From contig JBHLLO010000027.1 of the NCBI GenBank assembly GCA_048885535.1, positions 1 through 19,586 of the forward strand: 19,586 nt of DNA, read 5' to 3'. The notes under the pieces were generated by a model. It made no database searches. It was not told the DNA's origin and was given only the letters and a program-made list of their open reading frames with translations. Position numbers and translations under genes: made by a program. Origin of the DNA: Candidatus Hermodarchaeota archaeon. Its GTDB lineage: Archaea > Asgardarchaeota > Lokiarchaeia > Sigyniarchaeales > SOKP01. The stretch's first letter is position 1. The number at the start of each line of letters is the position of its first letter. Positions 7,778-16,607 of the stretch are shown here, piece by piece.

Positions 7778-9787
7778 ATGTCCGATAAGGAATCTTATGA
7801 TGCAGAAGATATTAAAGTTCTTAAAGGTTTAGAAGGCGTCCGAAAGCGCCCAGCGATGTATATTGGCGATACAGGTAAAAAAGGACTGCATCATCTAATT
7901 TTTGAGGTATTAGATAATTCCGTCGATGAGGCAATCAGTGGTTTTGCAAATGAAATAAAAATAACCTTGAATAATGATAATTCAGTTCAAATATATGATA
8001 ATGGAAGGGGAATCCCGATTGATGATCACCCTGAATTCGCGAAACCTGCAGTAGAGGTAATATTGGAGCATTTACACTCTGGAGGTAAATTTGATAAAAA
8101 AAGTTATAAAATATCTGGCGGATTACATGGCGTGGGGCTATCTGTGGTGAACGCTTTAACTGAATGGTTAGAAGTAGAAATTTGTAAAGATGGAAAAGTA
8201 TATCTACAGAAGTTCTCAAGGGGGAAAAAATCTTCTGAACCAAAAATTAAGAATGCTAATGGTGAAAAAAGCTATACTAAGATTACATTTTATCCCGATT
8301 GTGATATCTTTGAATATGATCCAAAAGACCCAATTTTTAGTTTTTCTTTGATTGCTAATAGAGTGAGGGAATTAGCCTTCCTTACACCACAAGCAAGATT
8401 CGAACTTCTTAACAAATACAATGATGATAAGGTAGAATTTCATTATGAAGGTGGAATTAAGGAATTTATAGCATATCTAAATAAAGACAAACAACCATTA
8501 CATCAAGATATTATTTGTATTAGTGATTCTTATCAAGAGGATGATGGTTCTACTACATATTGTGACATTGCCTTACAGTATAATCAGGGGTATCAAACAA
8601 ATATTCTCACTTATGCAAACACAATTAACACCATTGAGGGTGGAACACACCTTACTGCTTTTAAATCAGCATTAACCAGAACCTTTAATTCATACATTGA
8701 AAATTATTTGGAGAAGAAATACAAGGATCATATATTAAGTGGTTCCGACACTCGAGAAGGTTTATCTGCCATTGTTTCAGTTAAGCTACCAGATCCCCAA
8801 TTTGAGAGCCAAACAAAAATAAAACTGGGTAATCCAGAAATCAGACAGATTGTAAGTCAAATAATTACTGATAAGTTGACCCAATATTTAGAAGAGCATC
8901 CTGAAACTGCTCGAAAAATTGTATTGAAGACGATAAATGCAAAACTAGCTCGAGAAGCAGCTCAAAAGGCAAGGCAACTTATCCGCCGTAAATCTGCCTT
9001 GGATAGTGCTAGAATGCCCGGAAAGTTAGCAGATTGTTCATCTGATAACCCCGAAAAAACAGAAATATTCATTGTAGAAGGTAATTCGGCTGGAGGCTCT
9101 GCCAAGCAAGGTCGAGATAGAACGTACCAAGCAATACTCCCTCTTAGAGGAAAAATCTTAAATGTAGAAAAAGCTAGAATGGACAAGATCTTACAAAATA
9201 ACGAGATTCAGTCTATAATAAAAGCACTGGGAGTTGGAATTTATGAGGAGAGTTCAATAAATGGTACTAATGGAGAACTTGAAGAAAATGACGACACAGA
9301 TGATACTTTCGATATAGATAAGTTAAGATACCATAAAGTTGTTATTATGGTTGATGCTGATATCGATGGAAAACATATAGAAACTCTACTATTGACTTTC
9401 TTTTTTAGATATATGAGACCTCTAATAGATGAAGGGCATTTGTATATTGCTTGTCCTCCTTTATATCAACTCTCCTACAAAAAATCTAAGCACTACGTTT
9501 ATTCAGATCAAGAAAGAGATAAAATTTTAAGCGAATTAAAAAAGAAATACAAACTTAAGAGTACAGACTCAGTAAAAGTTCAAAGATATAAAGGTTTAGG
9601 TGAAATGAATCCAGATGAACTCTATGAAACGACAATGAATCGAGAAACTAGAAAATTAAAAAAGGTCACTTATGAAGATTATTTAGAAAATGATTTAATC
9701 TTTTCAAAATTAATGGGAAAAGAAGTAAAAGCTCGTAAGAAGTTCATTATTAGTAACTTTGACGAGGTTAATCTATTAGATATTTAA
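7778..9787 (+). CDS. gyrB: DNA gyrase subunit B
   Basis: Motifs GLEGVRKRPAMYIG, EVLDNSVDE, DNGRGIP, GGLHGVG, TOPRIM EGNSA/PLRGK/DADIDG and QRYKGLGEMN. ATG at 7778 (MSDKESYDAEDIKVL) fits the family N-terminus better than TTG at 7730. Confidence 0.97.
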   Translation: MSDKESYDAEDIKVLKGLEGVRKRPAMYIGDTGKKGLHHLIFEVLDNSVDEAISGFANEIKITLNNDNSVQIYDNGRGIPIDDHPEFAKPAVEVILEHLHSGGKFDKKSYKISGGLHGVGLSVVNALTEWLEVEICKDGKVYLQKFSRGKKSSEPKIKNANGEKSYTKITFYPDCDIFEYDPKDPIFSFSLIANRVRELAFLTPQARFELLNKYNDDKVEFHYEGGIKEFIAYLNKDKQPLHQDIICISDSYQEDDGSTTYCDIALQYNQGYQTNILTYANTINTIEGGTHLTAFKSALTRTFNSYIENYLEKKYKDHILSGSDTREGLSAIVSVKLPDPQFESQTKIKLGNPEIRQIVSQIITDKLTQYLEEHPETARKIVLKTINAKLAREAAQKARQLIRRKSALDSARMPGKLADCSSDNPEKTEIFIVEGNSAGGSAKQGRDRTYQAILPLRGKILNVEKARMDKILQNNEIQSIIKALGVGIYEESSINGTNGELEENDDTDDTFDIDKLRYHKVVIMVDADIDGKHIETLLLTFFFRYMRPLIDEGHLYIACPPLYQLSYKKSKHYVYSDQERDKILSELKKKYKLKSTDSVKVQRYKGLGEMNPDELYETTMNRETRKLKKVTYEDYLENDLIFSKLMGKEVKARKKFIISNFDEVNLLDI

Positions 9788-9824
9788 TATTTTAATTTTT
9801 TTTACTCAATGTGAGGTTTGCATC

Positions 9825-12263
9825 TTGAGTTCAGAACATATAGAAGAGATAATGTTAAAGAACGAAATGAAAAGTAGTTATATCGACTACGCTATGTCTG
9901 TTGTTGTTGGGAGGGCTATACCTGATGTAAGAGATGGACTTAAACCAGTCAATCGTAGAATAATTTATGCAATGGCACAAAATAATTGGAATCATTCTAG
10001 TTCTCCTGTGAAATGTGCCAAGATTGTAGGCGAAACACTTGGAAATTATCATCCTCACGGGGATATGGCAGTTTATAATGCTCTAGTCAGAATGGGTCAA
10101 GACTTTTCTTTAAGATATCTATTAATAGATCCTCAAGGTAATTTCGGTTCTATTGATGGAGATGAACCCGCAGCCTATAGGTACACAGAAGCTCGATTAT
10201 CTCAGATTTCAGAAGAATTAATTGAAGATATTGACAAAGAAACAGTTAATTTTCAGCCAAATTTTGATAATTCTACTATAGAACCTATCTATTTACCAGC
10301 AAAATTACCTAATATTTTAATTAATGGGACAAAAGGAATTGCGGTAGGGATGGCTACCTCCATGCCACCACATAATTTAACTGAAATTTGCGAAGGTATT
10401 ATTGCAACCATAAATGATCCTGAAATTTCTATCCAAGAACTTTTAGAAATTATAAAAGGACCCGATTTTCCTACTGGAGGTATAATTACAGATACAAATG
10501 GAATATATAATGCTTATTCAACAGGAAATGCAACTATCAATATACAAGGTAAAATAGAAACAGAAACAACAGGAAACAAAGCGCAATTAATTATTTCTGA
10601 AATTCCTTATTTGGTAAATAAAGCAACTTTAATAGAATCTATCGCCAAGCTAATTAAAAATGGAGTATTAAAGGATGTAAAAGATTTAAGAGATGAATCT
10701 GATAAAAGTGGGATGCGCATTGTAATAGAACTAACTAAAAATGCTCATCCAGTTATAATAAAGAATATTTTATTTAAAAGAACGAGCCTTTTTACGAGTT
10801 TCAGCATCACGAACCTAGTTTTAATCAATGAAGGTAAACAGCCAAAGATATTAACCTTAAAAGAAATAATCCAAGAATATATTGAACATAGATTAATTAT
10901 AATTCAAAAAAGAACAGATTACAAATTAAGAAAAACTCAAGAAAGACTTCATAAAGTTGAGGGTTTACTTATCGCCTTAAATGATATTGATAATGTAGTT
11001 GATATGATTAAAAAATCTAAAGATGTTAATGAAGCTAAATTAAAATTAATAGAAAAATATAATTTTAGTGATATTCAAGTTCAAGCAATTCTTGGTATGC
11101 CTCTTTCACGCTTAACTAATTTAGAACACCAAAAATTAGTTGATGAAGAGAAATCGTTGAATGAAGAAATAAAAAGCTACAAAAAAATTTTAGCAAGTAA
11201 GGATGTACAGCTTGACGTTATTAAGCAAGAATTAAGAGATTTAATTAAAAAATATGGTGACAAACGAAGAACCAAGATTGAGTTTGTTCCTACAGAAGAA
11301 TTTAAAGAGATAGAGAAGAAAGACTTAATCAAAAACGAACCAACTATCGTTATTTTTACTAAAAATCAATATATAAAAAGGATATCAGTACAAGAATATC
11401 AAGCTCAAGCGAGAGGTGGACGTGGTAAAAAGGGAATGACTGTAAGGGAAGAAGACTTCATTACAGATTTATTCGTAGCTTCTACTCATGATACTATTTT
11501 AATTTTTACTTCAAAGGGTAGAGTCTATTCAATAAAATGCTATGATATTCCTCAACAGACTAGAACAGCTAGAGGAAAACCGATTGTAAATTTTATTGCA
11601 TTACAAGATGAAGAAAAAATTGCAGACATGATTGCTATTAACAATTTCAACACAAATGAAATGTTAATAATGACCACTAAAAATGGAATTATAAAAAAAA
11701 CACCTTTAAAAGAGTTTTCTAAATTTAGAAGCACTGGCGTAAAAGCTCAGAGAATTCGCTCTGATGATGAATTAGTTAGTGTAAAAAGACTTTCAAACGA
11801 ACTTCAAGACATTTTTATAGCTACAAAATTAGGATATGCTGTAAGATTTGATGAATCAGAATTAAGAGAGTTAGGAAAGTATTCAATGGGCGTTAAAGGA
11901 GCAGAATTAAGAGAAAACGATGAAATAATTGATGCCTTATTAGTATCAGATGATGATATTATTTTAACCTTAACTGAAAATGGTTATGGTCAAAGAACTC
12001 CAGTCAAAGAATACAGAAAAACTGGTAGAGGTGCTAAAGGAGTAAAAAATATTACGCTAGATCCTTCTAAAAATGATAAAGTCATTGCTATTAAAATAGC
12101 AAAACATATGGATATGTTAATTGGTACTGAACAAGGTCAAGTTATTAGATTCCCAGTGGATTCAATAAGAATTACACACAGAAAAGCTAAAGGAGTGAGA
12201 GTTATAAAGCTTTATGAGGGAGATTCAGTAGTAGCAATTGGAAAATGTGAAAAAGAAGAATAA
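9825..12263 (+). CDS. gyrA: DNA gyrase subunit A
   Basis: Motifs [18 protein letters not shown] and active site [10 protein letters not shown]. The GyrA-box QARGGRG and beta-pinwheel repeats indicate gyrase rather than ParC. The TTG start is preceded by the SD-like GTGAGGT. Confidence 0.97.
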   Translation: MSSEHIEEIMLKNEMKSSYIDYAMSVVVGRAIPDVRDGLKPVNRRIIYAMAQNNWNHSSSPVKCAKIVGETLGNYHPHGDMAVYNALVRMGQDFSLRYLLIDPQGNFGSIDGDEPAAYRYTEARLSQISEELIEDIDKETVNFQPNFDNSTIEPIYLPAKLPNILINGTKGIAVGMATSMPPHNLTEICEGIIATINDPEISIQELLEIIKGPDFPTGGIITDTNGIYNAYSTGNATINIQGKIETETTGNKAQLIISEIPYLVNKATLIESIAKLIKNGVLKDVKDLRDESDKSGMRIVIELTKNAHPVIIKNILFKRTSLFTSFSITNLVLINEGKQPKILTLKEIIQEYIEHRLIIIQKRTDYKLRKTQERLHKVEGLLIALNDIDNVVDMIKKSKDVNEAKLKLIEKYNFSDIQVQAILGMPLSRLTNLEHQKLVDEEKSLNEEIKSYKKILASKDVQLDVIKQELRDLIKKYGDKRRTKIEFVPTEEFKEIEKKDLIKNEPTIVIFTKNQYIKRISVQEYQAQARGGRGKKGMTVREEDFITDLFVASTHDTILIFTSKGRVYSIKCYDIPQQTRTARGKPIVNFIALQDEEKIADMIAINNFNTNEMLIMTTKNGIIKKTPLKEFSKFRSTGVKAQRIRSDDELVSVKRLSNELQDIFIATKLGYAVRFDESELRELGKYSMGVKGAELRENDEIIDALLVSDDDIILTLTENGYGQRTPVKEYRKTGRGAKGVKNITLDPSKNDKVIAIKIAKHMDMLIGTEQGQVIRFPVDSIRITHRKAKGVRVIKLYEGDSVVAIGKCEKEE

Positions 12264-12287
12264 ATATATTTCCTTAAGCACTTATTT

Positions 12288-12635
12288 TTAAAGATAAGGC
12301 ACAAGGCACAAGAATACAAGGTTATCAGTCCCAATATTGTTTATTCCATGCTTTTCATTAGGAGGAATATAAATTGCATTACCAGGTTGTACTTGCACTT
12401 TTTCTAATTCATTATAAAACACACCGGTACCATGTAATATATATATCTCATGATCTTGAGGGTGATAATGTATTGGAACCTTCCCATTTGGTCTAATCTC
12501 AAATCTCCTCATAGCAAAATTTTTCGCACCATCATGCTCATCAATCAACCATCGTACATATACATTCTCGACTGGAGTTCCATCACTTAAAGTCGCTGGT
12601 TTATTTTCTATATCTTTATAATACTTTTTTAACAT
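12288..12635 (-). CDS. Cupin_2 domain protein
   Basis: Cupin metal-binding motifs PIHYHPQDHEIYIL.G.G and PGNAIYIPPNEKHGI.N. Confidence 0.9.
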   Translation of the reverse strand: MLKKYYKDIENKPATLSDGTPVENVYVRWLIDEHDGAKNFAMRRFEIRPNGKVPIHYHPQDHEIYILHGTGVFYNELEKVQVQPGNAIYIPPNEKHGINNIGTDNLVFLCLVPYL

Positions 12636-12677
12636 AAATTAAATAATTTATAATCTATTAAAATAATATCTTATATT

Positions 12678-13619
12678 ATGAATGCGGAATTAAATGCATA
12701 TTTTGGGTTCGATTATTCACATAAGAATAAATTCATAATTGAGGATCCTGCTTTTAATGATTTTATTGAGTTTCTTTTTAATTCTGATTTCAAGTTGGGA
12801 AAAATTGAGGAAGGTATTACTTATGAGAAATTATCTCGGTACAATGTCTTTATTATTGGGGTTCCTATAGCTGAAGCTTTTTTGCAATCCAATGAAATCA
12901 ATGACTTAGTTAAATATGTTAAAGACGGAGGCTCACTATTAATCATAAATGAAAAAGGAGGAGATAAGGCAAATAAGAGTAATCTATCTGAACTGTCTTC
13001 TAATTTTGGTATAAAATTCAATTCCGATCAATTATTTGATAATGAACATTTCTCAAAAGATAATTCACGCCCAATTATTAAAAATTTTAAAAAACATTTT
13101 CTGACGAGAGATATAACTCAAATTGTCCACTCTGGAGGCTGTTCACTAGAAATCATAGAAAACATTGAAGATGAAGACTTAGATGTGACAGCAGTAGCTT
13201 TTTCTTCGGAGGATTCTGCATGGCACAAAATCTTCAGTGAAGGGCAATGGTTTGATGAGCCAGTTAAGAAAGTTGCAATAATTGCTGCTGCTCGTTATGG
13301 TCTCGGTAAAGTAGTTGCAATAGGGAATTTATCGCTCTTTTCAAGCTTTCATGAAATTTATGGTATTTACGCTGCAGACAATTTTAAATTAATAGTAAAC
13401 ATTATATCATGGCTTATGAATAAAGCACATTCAGAAGAAGCCCAATTAACTCAACCAATCTATACAACAATACCCCTTGAACAAGATCTTTATTATTGGA
13501 TAAGAGAAAAACTTGATGAGGGCAGATGGAAAACAATACAAGAAGTTATTAACTTTGCTTTGAAAGTAATAAAATTTAGAATGAAACAACAATTACGAGA
13601 AGGTGAAAACGTTGATTAG
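12678..13619 (+). CDS. GIFT/IFT52-like (DUF4350, class I GATase-like fold) protein with a C-terminal ribbon-helix-helix-like segment
   Basis: EINDLVKYVKDGGSLLII.EKGGD...NLSELSSNFGIKFNSD and YGLGKVVAIGN....DN resemble the GldG/IFT52 domain. The C-terminus TIPLEQDLYYWIREKLDEGRWKTIQEVINFALK resembles a ParD/CopG-type RHH. Recognised by eye. Confidence 0.65.
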   Translation: MNAELNAYFGFDYSHKNKFIIEDPAFNDFIEFLFNSDFKLGKIEEGITYEKLSRYNVFIIGVPIAEAFLQSNEINDLVKYVKDGGSLLIINEKGGDKANKSNLSELSSNFGIKFNSDQLFDNEHFSKDNSRPIIKNFKKHFLTRDITQIVHSGGCSLEIIENIEDEDLDVTAVAFSSEDSAWHKIFSEGQWFDEPVKKVAIIAAARYGLGKVVAIGNLSLFSSFHEIYGIYAADNFKLIVNIISWLMNKAHSEEAQLTQPIYTTIPLEQDLYYWIREKLDEGRWKTIQEVINFALKVIKFRMKQQLREGENVD

Positions 13620-14154
13620 AACTAATAAAGATGAATTATTAATTGGTGTCATTTCAGATACTCACGTTCCTCATAAAATCTCTGAAATATCTCAAGAAGT
13701 TATAGGTGATTTTAAGAGAAGAAAGGTTGATTATGTATTCCATCTGGGGGATTTCACTTCATATCAAGCGTACCAGAAACTTGCAACGACTTTCAGACCT
13801 GAACATTTAATTGCAATTCATGGAAACATGGATTTTGATAAAAAGTTAAGAAGAGAATTACCAGAAAAAATAGAAATGGAAATATTGGGGCATAAAATTT
13901 TAATGGTTCATGGCATGGGAGGACCGGATGGGATCGTAGATCGCTTAATTAAAAAGTTAAATCTTCTTAGCTCAAAATATGATATTGTAATCTTTGGTCA
14001 TACACATCGACCTTTAAACGAAATAAGGAATGAGATCCTCTTCTTTAACCCTGGAACTACCACAAAAAACTATAAAGATCCCAGTTTTTCAGGTTCTTAT
14101 GGATACCTAGTAATATCCAAAAACAAAATCGAGCCTGAAATCGTATACTTTTAG
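13603..14154 (+). CDS. YfcE/MJ0936 (Vps29-like) metallophosphoesterase
   Basis: Motifs ISDTH, HLGD, HGNMD, VHG, FGHTH and NPG. The GTG start overlaps the upstream gene by 17 nt. Confidence 0.9.
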   Translation: MKTLIRTNKDELLIGVISDTHVPHKISEISQEVIGDFKRRKVDYVFHLGDFTSYQAYQKLATTFRPEHLIAIHGNMDFDKKLRRELPEKIEMEILGHKILMVHGMGGPDGIVDRLIKKLNLLSSKYDIVIFGHTHRPLNEIRNEILFFNPGTTTKNYKDPSFSGSYGYLVISKNKIEPEIVYF

Positions 14155-14191
14155 TTTTTCTATTAAAAAAAAAATATATAAGGCGAATTTA

Positions 14192-14695
14192 ATGGCAGAA
14201 ATAAAGTACAAATGTAGAAAGTGTGGTGCAAAACTCTCTCCTGGTTATGATTTTTGTCTTTCATGTGGGACAAAATTCAGTGAATTACCACCAATAACAA
14301 AAAAAAGAAAAGAGAAAAAGGAAAAGAAGGGAAGTCTATCATCTGGTGCTATTGCCGTAGGTAGTGTAGCGGGTGCTGCAACAGAAGCTCTTGAGTTTGT
14401 CTCGTCAATGTGCTTTATTGCTACAGCTGCGTATGGTTCACATTTATCACCCCAAGTCAAATTCTTAAGATATGTTCGAGACATAGAATTAAAATCCACT
14501 AAATTAGGAACTCTTTTCGTAAATAGATTTGAATGGCTTTATTATAAATTCAGTCCTGAAGTTGCTAGGCTTATGGTACGATATCCATTCTTCAAACGTA
14601 CGATGAAATGGCTGATAGTAACTCCAATAGTATATCTCTTAATGGCTGTATTTAAGCCAGTTGATTCAATACGAAAAACTTTAGTTAGAAAGTAA
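14192..14695 (+). CDS. Zinc-ribbon plus CFI-box-CTERM domain protein
   Basis: N-terminal CRKCG...FCLSCG ribbon. The C-terminal part has CFIATAAYGS...LR..RD..L....G..FV...YY..SP..A followed by a hydrophobic and basic tail. Confidence 0.85.
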   Translation: MAEIKYKCRKCGAKLSPGYDFCLSCGTKFSELPPITKKRKEKKEKKGSLSSGAIAVGSVAGAATEALEFVSSMCFIATAAYGSHLSPQVKFLRYVRDIELKSTKLGTLFVNRFEWLYYKFSPEVARLMVRYPFFKRTMKWLIVTPIVYLLMAVFKPVDSIRKTLVRK

Positions 14696-14712
14696 ATAAA
14701 AAAAGCCAATAA

Positions 14713-15356
14713 CTAAAAGCCTTCAATCGACTTTCCTGAAAGCTTTTTATAATGATTTAATACTGCTTGCCGAGCAGCATATACAAATGCCCGTTTTACA
14801 TTAACACCTTGTATAGCAATTGTTTCGTATATTAAACAATGACTAAGCTTGGCAGTATCTAGTACTTGTCTAATTTTCGATATTTCCACAATTTCCTCTA
14901 AGTCTCTCTTATTTGCGAGTAAAACTATTGGTACTTCTGGAGGATCAAATTCTTTTGGTGGAATAAGTTTGTCTCCATAAAATTTTAGCAATTCTTTAAG
15001 CGACCAAATGTTCTCTTGCCATTGATCTATGAGAGAATCCCAAGTGAATATTACGGCATCGGTACCCTTTAATACAGTTTGCCTTTGAAATTTATGACGT
15101 CTCTGACCCGCAACGGTGTAAACTTGAAACACAACATTAGATACACGAGCTACAACACGATCGAAAAATAGTGTACGTCCAGTGGGGTCTTGTATTTGTT
15201 GCATATCACCACTAGCTAATCCTTCCTTGTTATAAACCCATTCTAATGCTGTGGTTTTACCTCCTAAGCTGGGACCGTAAAAGCAGATTTTCTTTCTTAA
15301 TCCGAAACGAATTAAACTTTAAAGACCAAGGTCCCATCTCCTCTACGTGAAGGCAC
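14713..15356 (-). CDS. mglA: MglA-like small GTPase, predicted two-exon gene: join(15356..15319, 15289..14713), 204 aa
   Basis: The track ORF (ATG 15204) lacks a P-loop, but its frame continues upstream through KICFYGPSLGGKTT (G1) to a TAA with no ATG/GTG/TTG start. MglA hallmarks RTLFFD, YTVAGQ and NKRD are present. An upstream GTG frame (MPSRRGDGTLVFK), preceded by SD-like GAGTGG, joins in frame if 29 nt are removed. Confidence 0.85.
15290..15318 (-). other. Candidate 29-nt bulge-helix-bulge/loop (BHB/BHL) mRNA intron
   Basis: Minus strand reads GGU-CUUU-AA^A-G-UUUAAUUCG-uuu-CGGAUUAAG-AAAG-AA^A-AUC. This gives a 4-bp helix CUUU/AAAG, a 3-nt AAA bulge, outer pairs GGU/AUC and a 9-bp inner stem. 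Cutting after the second nucleotide of each bulge gives in-frame GUC UUU AAA AUC UGC. Confidence 0.7.
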
Positions 15357-15435
15357 TTTTTAACCACTCATTTTTATTTTTTTAATATAAATCATAATAA
15401 CTGTATTCTACTAATTAGAAATAATATAAAACTTA

Positions 15436-15447
15436 TTTTATATAAAA
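15436..15447. promoter_or_regulatory. Possible TATA box (palindromic TTTTATATAAAA) between the divergent GTPase and Fe-S genes
   Basis: Matches the archaeal TTTAWATA consensus on both strands. The evidence is weak because the region is very AT-rich. Confidence 0.3.
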
Positions 15448-15539
15448 ATTTCTTTTCCAAAAAAGATTATTAAATTCTCAAGCCTTTTTAAAAAAGAAGT
15501 TTAATATTAGATTAACAAAAACGTGGGATCTATTATTTT

Positions 15540-16607
15540 ATGGCAATAGATGTATATGAGAAATTAAGAGAATTCCTTGATCAATTTCCAATAGGATTTC
15601 GTAAAACGAAATCAGGAGTTGAGATTAAAATATTAAAGCGATTATTTACTGAAGAAGAAGCTGAACTAGCTACATTTTTAACCATACGACCAGAACTGGC
15701 CCAAACCATAGCAAGAAGAGCTGGAAAGAATTTGCAGCAAATAGAAAAAAAGCTTGAATCGATGGCGAAAAAAGGGCTCATTTTTCGGACACGGAGAGAA
15801 AATCAGATTCTTTATAATGCTATTCCGTTCATGATTGGTTTGTATGAATATTCTATTAAAAAAATTGATAAAGAATTAGCCAAGCTTTTTAAGGAGTATT
15901 ACAATACAGCTGGGCTTGAAGAGATGGGAGCAAGTAATGTCCCCGGTTTTAAAGTGATTCCCTTACAAGAGACTATTCAACCTCAAACTACACTTCTTCC
16001 TTATCAAATGCTCCAAGAATCAATAAAAAATGCAAGGGTTATCGCAGTAACTGACTGTATCTGCAGAAAAGAGGCTCAGCTCCTAGGAGAAGGTTGTAAT
16101 AATCCGATAGAGAGTTGTTTGAGCTTTGGAGTTGCTGCTGAATATTATATAGAGAATGGGATTGGGCGAAAGATAACCCCAGAGGAAGCAATCCAAATAA
16201 TCAAAAAAGCTGATAAGGCTGGTTTAGTTCATGCTGGAGCTAATTCAAAACACCTATCAAACATCTGTAATTGTTGCCCTTGTTGTTGCGGTTCAATGAA
16301 GGGTATGACTCAATATGGTCAAGATAAGCATAAATTTATGAATGCTATATTCGAATCAACAATTGAGAAAGAATTATGTGTTACTTGTGGAAGTTGTATA
16401 GAAAGATGTCCTGTAAAAGCTATATCCCTAGAGGATATTGCTATTGTTAATAGAGATTTATGTCTTGGATGTGGCTTATGTGCTACTGTTTGTCCAGAAC
16501 AAGCAATTATTTTGAAACTGAGGGGTGATCGTGAAGAACCATTTGACCGAGTGTTAGAAATGGGGAAGGCTATGATTGAAGGAAAACGAAAAACTGCAAT
16601 AAAATAA
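15540..16607 (+). CDS. 4Fe-4S binding protein with N-terminal HTH-like region and Cys-rich cluster
   Basis: Contains CICR, CNCCPCCC and two ferredoxin motifs (CVTCGSCIERCP, CLGCGLCATVCP). The N-terminal LFTEEEAEL...LESMAKKGLI is typical of this family in anaerobes. Confidence 0.88.
   Translation: MAIDVYEKLREFLDQFPIGFRKTKSGVEIKILKRLFTEEEAELATFLTIRPELAQTIARRAGKNLQQIEKKLESMAKKGLIFRTRRENQILYNAIPFMIGLYEYSIKKIDKELAKLFKEYYNTAGLEEMGASNVPGFKVIPLQETIQPQTTLLPYQMLQESIKNARVIAVTDCICRKEAQLLGEGCNNPIESCLSFGVAAEYYIENGIGRKITPEEAIQIIKKADKAGLVHAGANSKHLSNICNCCPCCCGSMKGMTQYGQDKHKFMNAIFESTIEKELCVTCGSCIERCPVKAISLEDIAIVNRDLCLGCGLCATVCPEQAIILKLRGDREEPFDRVLEMGKAMIEGKRKTAIK

Noticed and set aside
7778-12263. Bacterial-type gyrase in an archaeon as a novelty, or as topoisomerase IV or intein-containing
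   Set aside because: Gyrase is established in several archaeal lineages, the GyrA-box is present, and the lengths leave no room for inteins.
14713-15204. 163-aa P-loop-less GTPase starting at ATG 15204, or a decayed pseudogene
   Set aside because: An intact G1 motif is encoded in frame upstream of that ATG and all other motifs are undamaged. The only lesion is the structured 29-nt insert.
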